DNA of 64,000 nt. It comes from Psilocybe cubensis (lineage: Eukaryota). The notes under the pieces were generated by a model. That model worked only from the letters and a program-made list of their open reading frames with translations, searched no databases and had not been told where the DNA came from. A program made the position numbers and the translations under genes. The first letter of the stretch is position 1, and each line of letters begins with the position of its first letter. Below are positions 1-13,000 of the stretch, piece by piece. The stretch covers positions 2,728,001 to 2,792,000 of the forward strand of contig CM039005.1 of NCBI GenBank assembly GCA_017499595.2. The letters run 5' to 3'.

Positions 1-2032
1 CTTCTCACGCACTGCTAACCATCCTAATGGAAAGACAACTCAATGTGGTCTTGCAATCAGTGTAAACGATCTTGTGGCGGCCAGACAAATTAGCCAGTGT
101 GCGAGTCACATAAGCAATCACTTTTGTTCACGTTGCAAGGTTTTCGGACGCGCCAGTCTGGGCAGGGTCGACATCCAGGAAAAAGATTGGGCACCCAAAG
201 AAAATAACACTCTACGAGAGCATGCCGAGAAATGGAAAGCCGCGACCAGCAAAAAGGATAGGGATGATCTTTTCACAAAAAATGGGATGCGTTGGTCTGA
301 GCTATGGCGCCTGCCGTACTGGGATCAGGCGAATATGCTGGTCGTTGATTCGATGCATTGTCTTTTGGAAGGACTGGCTCAGTTTCATTTTAGGAAAGTA
401 CTGAAGCTCCAAGATGTCGATGCTCTCTCCAGAGAGGTGGGCGAAGACGCGTTTGAGCTGGAACCATCGATGCCCAATGAAGCATATATCGAAGCCCAGG
501 AATTAACTGATAATGACCTACAACACATCTCTCAGATCTACAAACTTCTTGTTTCTCCCATCCTTGTGGTCGAGCTAGCGTCTTTGCCCACCATATCATT
601 GGATCTTAATACACGTCTTCAAAGAAAGAACCTCAAGTCGTTACGCTTTGTTGCTGAAGAACTGTACAACGCAGAAGGACTAACTTTAACGGTTGCAGCC
701 ACTAATAGAAAGGCCGAGTACTGTGATGCTCTGGTCCAATGGGTATGATCCAGCATTCTTTTTATGTCTCTTCACTGGCGCTCATTTGAAGCTTCAGCGC
801 ATGGCAAAACCACTTGTCTCAGAGAATGTAAAAGTAAAATTTGGGACTGTGAATGTCATGAAGCATATTCGAGACGTTATTCGAGACACGGAGGTCCCAG
901 CGTGGCTTCCTTCTGTCCCTCACAACTTTGGTCAAGCTGCAGCGGGATCGTTAAAAGCAGATGAGTGGCGTACCATGAGCACAATCTACCTTCCACTTGC
1001 CCTCATTGCTATGTGGGGCGAAGGATCGCAACAGACAAACACATCAACAGCAGCAGTAACGCGTCAAGTCCTTGATCATACTATGCACCTAGTCTCGGCA
1101 ATTAATATAGCATGCATGAGAACAATGACGAAGAAACGTATGGACGCCTACCTCTTTTTTATAACTTCGTGGCTTGAAAGCCTTATTATTCTCCATCCGG
1201 AGGTCAGACCTAGACCAAATTGTCATATGGCGATTCACATATATGAATTCCTGGTCCTATTTGGTCCTGTGCGATCGTGGTGGTGTTTTCCATTTGAAAC
1301 ATTGATTGGTCAATTGCAAAGGCTTCCGCATAATCACAAATTTGGTATGTACTTTTTTGCTATTTAATTTCATGATATTAACATTCATCGCTTGGTAGGT
1401 CAGCTTGAGGCTACAATGCTGTCCTCTCATACAAAATCAACGAGGTTGAGACGTTGGCTTAACCGGGCTGATTGTCCTCCTGCTCTCAAGGAATGCCAGA
1501 AAGCATTCAATGAATGTTTTTCAGATGCTACGTCGCTGCGTTCCATTGAAAAGCAAGTTCCCACATCTGCATTTATCCCCGTCCCAAGCCAATTAAAACA
1601 TCTGATTTCTGATCATGAAGTTGCATTTCGCGCTCGCCATAACTTTGATGATACGATATACACGCGAGCTGAGACCCACATTGGAAATAGTCTGATCTTG
1701 TACCACCATAATGGCAACTTAACCTCCTCTCCGATCCCGGCGTCGATTCAGTATATTGTGGTGAACAAGAAGAACATGGTTACTTACATCGTCCGACGAC
1801 AATTATCTGCACCAACGACAACCGTTGATCCTTACAGGCATTATCCGTATTTCCCTGCCAAAGTATATTCAAATGAACTGTCGGCTGAATTTACTCTCGT
1901 CCAACCAGAATGGGTAATGTCGCATTATGCTCGGATAAGATTGGACGACGAAAGAGCAGTGGTTCTCACTCTTGCTCGTGTATGGTTATTTTTTGTTTTA
2001 AGACACAGATACTGATGCCTGTACAGGACTGA
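1..2032 (+). mobile_element. CACTA/EnSpm (Tnp2/Transposase_21-type) transposase, 3' part, spliced; 5' end lies outside the window
   Basis: ORFs 74-748, 693-1367 and 1392-2015 join through GT-AG introns (~742-798, ~1346-1399, ~1980-2026; last exon GACTGA). Motifs typical of fungal CACTA transposases: NDLVAARQ..ASH..NHFCSRC, SELWRLPYWD..VVDSMHCLLEG, LPSVPHNFG..GSLKADEWR, HMAIHI..FGPVRSWWCFPFETLIG. Confidence 0.88.
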
Positions 2033-2149
2033 TGAAGTTGATAACTCCGAAATGCCTCGCATACTCCCCAAGACATGTACAGTCTATCAAAAAGTCATGC
2101 TATCGGTTTGACTCCAGATGTTTTTCATTTGAGCGGGTTCCGTGGCATT

Positions 2150-3107
2150 GCATCCTCCCGGGGGGATACGAAGAATTCGAGCGCCTGAAAAGTTTGTCTG
2201 TGAAAAAATGCCAATATCTCCCTTATAAGCCTTTTTTGACTAATACCTATGTGCCGAACCTATTGATTTTCTGCCATTCTACCATTTGAAGAACTCGTGC
2301 TTAATCGGAAAAATCTACTAATTGACACTGGATGCCGAAGCCTTTACGCAGTACATCAGGAGTTAGAAGAAGCAGAAGGTTGACGATGTTCTGATTCATA
2401 ATGCATTCAATGTGAATACATCCCGGTGTGGACCCTTGACTGAACGTAGCACGAACTTGATAGCGCTCTCCAACTATGTTGAGCAGGGACATCACAGCTG
2501 ACTCTTCAACACCAATCTTCGGTTTCGTCGTTCATTTGATGAGCACCGAATAGAGCATGAGTGGTACACACTCGGCATCCAACCCGCCACAAAGTATAAT
2601 CGCCCTGGAGATGGACGTAGAAAAAAATTCCATCAAGTTTAACCTCCCTTTTGTCTTGAGGAATGGTGGACTTTCTATGACCCAGAGTAGTTGTCTCTTC
2701 AATGCAAGAAATCAATAATTTCAAAGAGCTTTCGTTGTCCTTATGTGGAGAGAAATCGACTGGTAGAGCGGTACACCCCGGTCTTAGACTATCCTCCATA
2801 GCCGCACCGTCATCAATGAACACATCTGAAGGGCGTCGTCAGCATAGATCGATACGAGAACATAAATCGCAATGAAGCTAGCCTTCCCCCTCGCACTTTC
2901 ATCTTCCTCCGAATCGACTCCTTCGTCTACTTGAGCTTCCATATCCAGAAACTGGCGGATTTCTGGATCGACCTGAGAAACATGTGTGAACGAAACCAGT
3001 CTTAGCCCTGAGGAATTGTTGCATACCTTTTTCATTTTGTCTATGCGAGGAGGATTATGGTTGTGAATGTCTATCGCTTTACTTTTGTTGCGCGTGCGCG
3101 TTACCAT
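2150..3107 (-). pseudogene. Spt5/NusG-like gene relic (acidic N-terminus, NGN, first KOW), with stops and frameshifts
   Basis: Spliced translation IRQFLDMEAQVDEG..|DVFIDDGA..YTLWRVGCR|IGVEESAVMSLL..CIHIECIMNQNIVNLLL..DFSD*..VLVKKG/YKGDIGI aligns exon by exon with the intact gene at 10076-13081. It ends convergent on the transposase. Confidence 0.8.
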
Positions 3108-5055
3108 GTCGGTTTATCACAACAAATAGAGAGCCTACAGTTCTTATTATATCAATGACATAACCTGACGCATTCTGACATTGCACTCTTGGGTGGGAGT
3201 TTATGATATCGACATTGCATTCATTCAATTCTTACAGTTTATGACATCGATGTATACAGATTTTCTTGACTTATCACACTGAACGTAAGAAAAGCGCTAG
3301 AATATTATAAATGGTGATATAACCGTGCAGATGATTGGATGTTGTCAGGCAATGAGGGCATGCAGAGGCGTACGAACACTACGCTCACAGTTGAGGGACG
3401 GAGTGAGAAGGAAAGCGATCCATCATGTCTGGCACCGCAATATGTACCGTCGGAAATTTCAAGCCGCTCAAGCCGGTGGTGATCTGTGTCCGGCAGAGCG
3501 GCATCAAATTTTGAGTGGGATATCATAACGCTGTTGACAAGTTCTCACGCTTTCTTCTCTCTCTCTTCTGACCACCACAGTAGGGTTACTCAGACATCCC
3601 GCCCGCGCGCTCGCGCTCCAGCAAATCCGCCCACCGTTGTATACCAAATAGGAGAACCCGTAAGTGCTATAAATTATCTTTGTAGGCTAATAATATTGAC
3701 GCTCGTTCGAAATCCAGACATGGTATAATCTATACATCCCCGACACTGCGAGTTTGTTCTAGCCAGGTCAACTCTGAGTCTGGCTGCACTCGCATAACCA
3801 TTTGAGGTGCGACAACATCAGGATCAACGAGTCTGCCTGCTTCGTTATTGTCCCCGGATGCCCGCGCCCAAGACGCAGAGGAGTTCTTCGAAACAGTTCG
3901 GGTTATCAGGTACGCGTTTCTCGAAATATCTTTCATGTTTGCTTCGCTGAAATGTATCCATTCAGTTGGTACCCGTTCATAAGTGCTCTCGCGGGAGACA
4001 ACAGGGCCGGCTCGTTGCACCTTTCTGACTCGGAACGAATGCGCTCAGTATAAGCAATCTCTCTGCAATTGACGACGTCTCTCGAAATGCTTGTTTGCGT
4101 CTCTGAAGCGACAATAAACACTCTCGTGTTCCTTGGGCCTTCGACTGTGATATGAACGCAGTCTCTGTAAGTCTTTCCAATTTATCACCGTGTCGCCAGT
4201 GTTCAAAGATCCTCTGCGCCTCTAGTGCCGTATCTATTCTTTTCGAGCACCAGCCGCTTTCAACCTGGGTCTGAGTGAGTTCCTTCCGCTTCATCGCTAA
4301 TTTCTGCATCCGTACTAATGCATACAACAACACACAGGCAGCCATGTTGCCTCTTTGTGGCGATGGAACAACGATCCGCGTATCTGTGTATAGAGACGGA
4401 GAATGTCGCGCTGTTGTTGTGTTTTCATCGATGACTGAAACAGTATGTTATCGGCGGGAAACCGACTTTCCGACGGCTAATGTAGTCTAAATTTTATACT
4501 CAATTGTTTTAGCAAATATACATCGATTACCCCTTTATAGATTCATAATCATTTCGCTCGTAGACGTTACCTACACCCTCTTTTCTTCTGCGCTTTGTCG
4601 ACCCATCCTGTTGTTTCATTATGAATTAGTGCACTTTTAATTAATGCTACCACCATTTGGTCATTCTTTGGATCGGTCGCTGTCACCCCTCCCTCGTTTT
4701 TTGATTTTGGCATATTTGTGCAAACAACACGTTGCCGATGTAGAGTGAGGATTCGCCTGACACCTCAGAGGAATACATTACCCGAAAGACCGGAAAGGTT
4801 CCTATCGTGATCATTACTTCAAACACCGAGAACCCGACCGCAAGTACCTTCCTTTGTTTTCCAGTCTACTATTTTCATCAATTACTTTTTATAACAGATG
4901 TCTGAACACTTCAGGGTTATCGAAGACATGGAAGACGAAGATATGATGGAGGACGGACCACCGGACGATCTCTATTTTCATCCTGAACCAGGGAGAGAGT
5001 CTCTGTCTGGGGACGAACAGTGGGTCCCAGGTAGTAGGAAACCTTATCAGCCAGA
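2882..5055 (+). repeat. Near-identical direct duplication of ~49363-51535 (Spt5 5' exons, promoter, leader, start of coiled-coil gene)
   Basis: Sequence and ORF translations match at an offset of about 46480 with only scattered SNPs. Confidence 0.95.
3404..3570. promoter_or_regulatory. Palindromic putative bidirectional promoter, variant A copy 1
   Basis: Inverted arms 3454-3476 and 3490-3511 (aaatttcaagccgctcaagccgg / ccggcagagcggcatcaaattt). Outward-facing cgctttccttctc (-) and cacgctttcttctctctc (+) tracts. Lies between divergent genes. Confidence 0.6.
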
Positions 5056-8000
5056 TGCCCTGCTCTATGACCCCCGGTCGGAGTATTCGAGCAATACTCC
5101 TCAAGGACAAGCAGAAGAGTTTGAATCGCATGGAACATCTCAACCAAAGCGCCTTCTAACACCTGCCCTAGCCATTCCATTGTCGGCTACCAAGCAGAAG
5201 AAGCGTGCACAGACTACATTGCCGAAACCTCACTCTGATGAAGCAGCTTCAACGGATGTCTCACTGACTGATAGAAGCGGTCGACTTGAAACCTTGCCAA
5301 CTGTTCAAAGCCTTGTCGAAGCCGCGGCCGGTCCTTCATCTGACGATCCACACCGGGATCAGCTGATTGACTTCGGGGTTCCTCACAACAAAAGACGTCG
5401 CAGGCATTTAAAGGTGCCTCAAGAGGCGAAAATTGTCATTTCTAATGAGAAGTTAAGGAAGCAGGTTCGCACTTTGCAGCATTTAGTGCACACTACAGAA
5501 GCAGTAAGTGATAGATCTCTCCCATGAATTCTGCAGCCAATTTTTGCTACAGGGAGAAGTATTGAAAGTAAGACAAGAGAAGGCCGTTCTGCAATCGGGT
5601 CTTCATGAGGCCCAAACTCTAATTTCTTCACAAGAGGTGGGTGTAACATCATTCCCATTTCCCTTAAACTAAATATTTTGCAGGACCGGACGGCTGATGT
5701 CTCTTCGGAACGAGATGACCTAGAGGTAAAGTTGAATACTTCTGAAGTAGGTTTAACCTTTCTGATTGAACTAAATGTATTCACGCTTACATACGCCACC
5801 GTAGAGACAACTGGAGACTGTCGAATCAGAGCTAACAGAGGCCCGAGTGAGTAGTAGTGTTTCTTGTCTCTTGATCAGTCATCCTTCATGATGCTTTTGC
5901 AGAACAACGTACGAAATTTACTTGCCGAGACTGAATCGAAGGACCACATTATATCCAATCTCAATACCGCTATAACCCTAAAGAGTGAAGAGATTTCCGT
6001 CTAATAGAGGCGGTAAATCTGAAGGATAAAGAAATCTATGACCTCAACACCGCTGTGGTAATGAAGGTTACGGATCTTTCCCGCCTGCACACGAACATAG
6101 CACTCAAGGATGCCGAAATATCTAAATTACGTGCAACTATCAACAAGAAGGATAATGCCATCTTCAATTTACGGGCTATGATTCATTCCGCTAAAAGCGA
6201 TCTCAAATATTTAGACATGCTGAAGGTACGCCTGATCCGCATTTGCGTCGGCCCGCCCTAAAAATCTGTGTGGGAAGTCCGATCTCAGGGACACGGAAAG
6301 TAAACTGGCTGAAGCAAATCGTCTTATCAAACTGTTGAGCGACACAAAGGAAGCCCACACCAGCTATAGGCAGGAACTCGATACCCTACGCAGCGATCTC
6401 GAGTCCGATCGCAAATCATTGCAGCATAAAATGCAGGAGCACCTGGAGGCGGTTCAAACACATGAAATCACAAGACATCATCTAAACTTGCTCACCAAGA
6501 CGGCAGAGGATACTGTCGATCATGGAAAGTCTAGACTCTTTAAAGCCAACTCTATTCTGGCCGACGCCTCCAAAACCTTACAGAAGGCACATGAGTTGCA
6601 TACCGTAGCTTTTGAAAGGTTGAAAGATGCGTCTGAGTTGCGCGATTCAGCTTTGGCAATGAAGGCGTTTTATGGGACTTATGACAATTCTCTTGGCGAT
6701 TACAAAGCTACGGAGACTATTATTCGTTCTACGGAGGGTTCGTCGAAGGGAGAAAGCCATGCAGACAATTTGGTTGCCCCTACATATTCGAGAAAGACAA
6801 GAGGATCAAATGAACAACACACAAAGGCCAGTTGACTATAATCCAATGCTATTGCCTCAACGTCCGCTTATCGAATCCTAGACCTTTGGATCAAAAGTTG
6901 AAAATGTTTCTGTCGACTTCCCCGTTGGTAACGGAAAGGGGTTGCAAATTGAGGAGGATGAAGACCAGGAAAGCGCAGTTAATAGTAAGATCGCAAACAC
7001 AGACGCTACCGTTGGTTCTGCACTCCGGGCATCTCTTAGTGGTCCACGTTCAAAGGAAGAGAAAAAAGACTCTATGGATGGATATGCGAGTGAGAAGGAA
7101 AACAAAGAGCTTCAAGACGAATATCTAGTCAGTGCCGTTTAGTTCTAGTCAATGCATACTGATTGTTGGAGGTAGGCACTTGTTCGAAGCATCATGAAGG
7201 ATAAGTTTGGCATAGAAAGGGATACAGATTTCATTGATCACATCCCGCCAAATCCCTCCGATATTGCTCTGTTCATGAGCACAAAGAGTCCAGATGATGG
7301 TCCCAATGCAGCAGATCTTCGCATTGACATGAAAGGGGATACGTCCAGCAATTGGAACGAAGCACTCATTTCTATCCTAGTAACATGTGCAGCCAACAGC
7401 AAGGTTTCACAACTCCCGGATGTTCCTGATTGGTCCAAGGATTACCTGTCACAAAATTTCTACCAAGAAATAGAGCGCGCAAGGACCATCTGGGGGGATA
7501 ACCAATCTAAAGTTAAAGCAAGAGTAAACTTGAAAAGAGAGAAGGAAGCAAAAAGGAATCGAAGGAATAGCAGACGTTCAAATGTGAGCATTTCGGAGTC
7601 TACGTAGTTCAACAACTAATATAAGCATACAGAAATATTCCAAGCGTTTGTTCACAGTGAAAAGAATGATCGCAGAAAGTGAGAAAAGGGACGACACCGC
7701 AATATTTAACCTATGGAGTCGTTTGCTATCACTTCTCGAGGCCCTAGAGGAAGATGGAATGAGCTCGGAGGACTCTGAAGCTGACGATGATGGGGATACC
7801 GTATATCATGTCAGGCAGATGCCGTATCGTCGCAGCGTTGACAAGCATATGGCAATCATCGACGCTGAAACAAAGCGTTATAAACGCACCATCGCTACTC
7901 AAGGCTCGAACAAATCACGAAGAATCAGAGGGGAAGATATATTTTCGCTTTGCAGACCTTTCGTCGGGAAACCGAGACCACTTTATGCACCACCTTGGTT

Positions 8001-8097
8001 AAAACAGCAGACCCAAACGACTATCAACAGTCTGAAAATTCCAGAAAAACATCCATTCAAATTTTTCGAGATCAAGGTGCCGGACCCGAGTGCATGA
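4898..8097 (+). CDS. Multi-exon acidic/coiled-coil protein with C-terminal GMSSEDSE domain, copy 1 (apparent 1-bp frameshift near 5997)
   Basis: Homologous to 16634-20735 and 51377-55187; all three end HPFKFFEIKVPDPSA*. Many short GT-AG introns. The exon starting ~5903 reads ..KSEEISV* unless one C is restored. Confidence 0.75.
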
Positions 8098-8404
8098 GTA
8101 ATAGCGTGGTAATAATAGTTAGCGTTCCAGATAGGAAACAACGCGGTTCGACCTAAATTTAATGTTGGTAATGATTACACGCAGAGCGTGCAAAATATAC
8201 TTACTTGAGTAACGAGCGACTTTTGGTGTGTGTATTCCCTTAAGGACGGCTGGCAAGTAGTCATTGACCTTGCCTATTGAAAGTTAGACTGTAGTTGCGA
8301 TTCTCCAAGAGATGTTTTGTTCGCTGAACTGTGTGGTACTAACAGCTCATTTGACATTCCCATGTTTTAGCCTTTCGAGTCTTCTACTATTCTTTGTTCA
8401 AGGA

Positions 8405-8465
8405 CAACAACACCTGTCCGAGGATAGCAACACCTTATCCGAGGACAGCAACATCCTATCTGCAC
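8405..8465 (+). repeat. Short ~21-bp tandem repeat (aacacct.tccgagga.agc) x2.5
   Basis: Seen directly; encodes LSEDSN repeats in ORF 8312-8641. Confidence 0.7.
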
Positions 8466-10075
8466 GTTTCAGCTACATGGATCCCAAAACAACGATCATC
8501 GACTACGATGAAGTCGACAATCCAATTTTACTGAACATATTCACGTCTTCCAGGAAATACGGCATCAAAGCTGCTGTAGATTCCCGTAGCCTGTATAATC
8601 CAGTTGGTGCGGTCCAAGGATTGTTCTCTTCTTTACACTGATGAAACGACTTCCAGGTTCGCTATCAAAGGAGATGGGACCTGATGTTCAAAACGACCAT
8701 TGCCGAAATTGGCTATTTTGTCAGGGCTACTGAGCAAGAGTGCCACATATGCTCAGCTATTGATGAACCAATTTCTATCTGCGATTCTTGCATATACTCA
8801 TTACTGATTTTGGTCACGGCTTTTGGAGGGTATTAAAGATTTCAGTGCATTGGAATTTGCGCTAAGGGTGGGTGAGAGGCGCGACCATGGGGCGCTGTGC
8901 CATCAACTGGAACGTGATTGCAGGCAACATACTTAGGCGTATCGACGATCTCCAATATTATTCGGCTTTGGAGGAATCTTATTAGTGCTGACTCTTGAAC
9001 CAATTCACTTTGTTCCATTTGGTGTACTTGTTGTTGAGGGAGGAATTTGATGTAGACAAGGCATACGACGACCAATAGCATTCCGCTGATATGTCAAGAT
9101 TACAACAGTTTACTGACTTGTTACCAACAAAGTTGCGGCGATGATGGGTCAAACCTTCCTTGAATATCATCTGCACCCATTGGAATTCACTCAATTAGTA
9201 CCTTAGATATTAGGTCTTGACACTCGTGTTAATGAGTAGACTGTAAATATTGAATGCTTACACATCTCCAGCGGCTTATCCCAGTCAGTTAACTTTACCG
9301 AGCTGTTGGGAATACAGCTCGGTTTTGGATTGGGGATGAGCAGAGTTGGATGGCGTGATTGGAATTTGAAGGATGCTGGTTGTTGTTATTTAATGATTGG
9401 AAGGTCAGGAGATTCATATATAATTTTACGGGTGTATACGCTTTCCAGCCCCGTCCCGAGAAAGACTTTACGGAGACTCCACAAGGCCTTGCCATCCTAA
9501 TTAAGTACCGCTCGCCTGGTCGTTCTCATGTATACACCTGTCGATACGTCGTTAAGTTTGAGAATGAGAATCAGGGTGAAGGGGGGAGGGGTCTCGCCGC
9601 CAGGGTGAAGGTACCGGTTTAACAAACATAGATCACAGATATACGGAGTTTTATTATTCAGAAACAAATATCCATGTTGAACGAGGGTGATACAAATATA
9701 GTGTGATTGAGAAGGCGAATTTTAGGGAAATATGTACAATCATTGTGGAACCGATAGCGACAAATCGAAAGCAACGAGAAAAATGACACGGGAAACGAAA
9801 GCATAACGGCACGCGAAAACAATAAAAAAATCCGCCAGGACGACTCGGACAGGAGGAACATTGTATGTTGCACATTGACAAGACGACCTCAGAATAAGAC
9901 CACAGGGTTTCTTGTGATTGTGCTTGTTGCGAACTAGTCGAAGATGAGCCGCTGCTATTGGTTGTAAATGCATATGGTGATCATATAAATAATTAGCAAA
10001 TTAAGAATGCGCTAATATATTACATACCATGATTCAAATAATTTTCACCAAATTGAAGAAATAGCAAAAAACAAG

Positions 10076-13000
10076 TCATAGTGTCTTTTTCTTGTACCGT
10101 TCTTTTAACTGAGTCATAACGTTAGAGTTAAGGTCTCTGTCTTTTTTGGACTCGGGAACTGAACATAGGAAATCCGTGCTGAGTGTAAATCGCTCCCCAG
10201 TCAAAACGTCTACACAACCTTTGGATACGGTGACTACAGCGACCAAGACTGTTGGATTGTCCGAGAGACTTTCATGATGAATGCGACGAACGAATTTCCC
10301 GCAATGTTCCCCCTTGATAACCACTAGAAGCCCGTTGTCATGTATCGGATTCGCATACTTCGGAGTGACCCAAGTGGGGTCCACCACAGTCCATGAACTG
10401 TACTTTTTGCACTTTAGCACGAGGTTGTTGACCTCCCAAGCAGTTGTGGCAACTACCGCTTTCTTGTTGTACTGTCCGCCGTCAACTATGACGTTCAGGC
10501 TGATACCCACCAGTTTCGGGTTCAAGAGAACATGGTTGCATGTAGGGGGATTTAGAGAGTGACTGGTTTCAGTCATAGAGGAAACAGATTCAGACGGATC
10601 TGATAAGGCAAGACTTGTAGAATGTATAGCCGGGTCAGGTGTCCTTGAGGAGGGGTCCCAAGCTAGAGTCATAGACTCTTGGGAGTACATCGGTGTGTCG
10701 CTCCCTGACGCGATCGTTTGCGGTACGTCAGGGAGAACTTCGCGGATGTGCTTCAGGGAAGACTTCGGCTTAGGCCGGAAAAAATTTGGCCCAGGATCAA
10801 GGAAAAGAACAAGCTCGTTGAAGGACCTTGCATTCAAATTAGACAGAGGATATCCACGTTAAAAACAGACTTACGACATTTCAACAACATCATCATAATC
10901 CACAACAATTGTTTGAAACGGTGCAAAGGGATTAAAACGGGTGAGTTGAATAACAAGTTGCAGTTCAGCGTTGTCTATATGGTGAAGGACGTCTTTGATT
11001 CGTCCAGTCTCGCCCTTGCGCGCGTGACGATATTTTTGTATAATGACCTCTAAGCCACACCATGGATGTTTTGAAGGCCTTTTTTCAATTGGATTTAACT
11101 CCGATATGAGAGGAGATAGGGGCTCAGAAAACGCGGTGTCCAAGAGATTGACATACACCGAAAAATGCTGTTAAAAGGTAAGGACACGCTATGAGAAAAC
11201 CGGTGAATATGTCAAGCCGCAAATTTACTCACTTCCACCGTCTCAAACTTGTCATTGTCTGCCCCATAGTTATTCTGATTAGATACTGTTGCGATATTGA
11301 CCACAGCGCCAGATACTTCCCCCTCTTCTGCCTGCAAACTCCTTTCCGTAATCAATGTTTCTTCCAGTTCTGACGTTACACCTGATTGATCCAGAGTTTG
11401 AGCGATTTCTTCCGAATGCACCACCATATTCCCTAGCGTCATCTGCGAATCTATTGACATGGCTGCGTCCGTTCCTACATCCGTCTCTGTTGAATCTTTT
11501 TGAAGATCATCATCCTCTGTCGGTACGTGGCGTTGTTCTTTTCCATTGATGGGCGCCGAAGGTATTTCAGCCCTTGTTTCCACGATCGAAATGAGACCAT
11601 CCGCTGAACTTCTCGTTATTAGTGCATGATCTTCGTGGACCCCAACGACCCAACCCGTGTAATCCAAATAGGGGCCGCTCACAACTCGAACGAATTGTCC
11701 AATTTTTGGCGATTTGCGAATATCTAGCCATGTTCCCCTAACAGTGCGGGATATTTCATGTCCACCTTTGATTGTTGACTGTTCTGCTTCCACGTCATAT
11801 GTGCCTAGCATTTTCAAAACCGCAGGTTCCCACTTTGCGGGCCTATCCGCAATGCCTGGGGTACGAAATAAAACCTCTTCTTCCAGTTGTAGGCACCATT
11901 CCCGAGGACGTGGCATACGCGCTCGCATTATGTCGGGATGATTGCTGCTCCTAAACATGGAGAAATGGGAATACGGAATATCCATGACCAAATTAGCAAT
12001 GGAGGCAAAGTCAAATTCTTTTTCCAACAGTCCATGATCAAACTTGAGAAGTCCAAGCGTGTAAGATCCATCCGCATTGCAAATAATAGGTGTGGAAATG
12101 AGTTTGCGGGCTTCTTCGGGTTCGAAAAGTTTTGCTGGAGGCACCAGTACCGATGACTTTCTCTTCCGTGACTTTGCAGATTGTAAGTTTAACCGAGGAA
12201 TGAGAAGAACCTGAGCGCCCCAGGAGAAAGTTGCTGAAACCAACCCAACGTCCCCCTTGTATATTCCTTTCTGAATCAAAACCCAGCTCCCAGCGTCAAA
12301 ATCCTTCTTGACATCCCTCATAGTCAGAAGCTCGTGTTGATGGCTCCGATCCACTATTTCGCGCTTGATTCCGAGGTGGTTACGAAGGATCCCAGGCGTG
12401 GACAAGAGAAGGTTTACGAGTGCTGAATCCATGATCTCCTCAACATAGATACTGCCACGTATAGAGCCGCGAGTGAAAGCGGAACGAATGTGATGGATCT
12501 CCCTTGCGCTCTGGAGAAGAGATATAACAGCCGCATCCTCGGAACCGATCTTGAAAACTTATTACAGAAATAATCAAGGCAAAATATACAAACTTACCCG
12601 GCATCCAACCCTCCAGAGAGGATAGTCAGTGTCAAGCGGAAGGCGCGCAATCGTCTCCTGGAGCTTGGTCATGCTATCCTCTTCCTCCAAACGTCTATCC
12701 AAGCGTGGGCGACGAGGACCTGTTGCTTGAGCCTCTAGGCGTGCAAGTAGTCGGTCAAATTCATCCTCCTCGACGCCATCTTCGATACTGTGGAATGCCA
12801 GAGAGCCTCTATGGTCATCCCCGCCTATTTCCGCCCCGTCGTTGATGAAGGCGTCTGTACACAGAGTCAAAACAAGTCTATCGTGACACTATGTACAGCT
12901 CACCTTCTAGATCCCGTTCTGCAGACGTAAACTGCTCCTCGTCAGAAAGTTCTCCATCATCAGCTACCTGTGCCTCCATATCCAGAAATTGGCGGACGCT

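Noticed and set aside
3305-4490. Many short six-frame ORFs recurring in each promoter/leader copy (e.g. MISHSKFD.., MSGRAASN.., MQRAGPVV..)
   Set aside because: They recur only because the DNA is duplicated. Frames are not preserved between variants A and B, and the region carries intron signals.
8312-9500. Short ORFs, one with faint BTB-like wording (LLNIFTSSRKYGIKAAV)
   Set aside because: Too short and interrupted to support a call.
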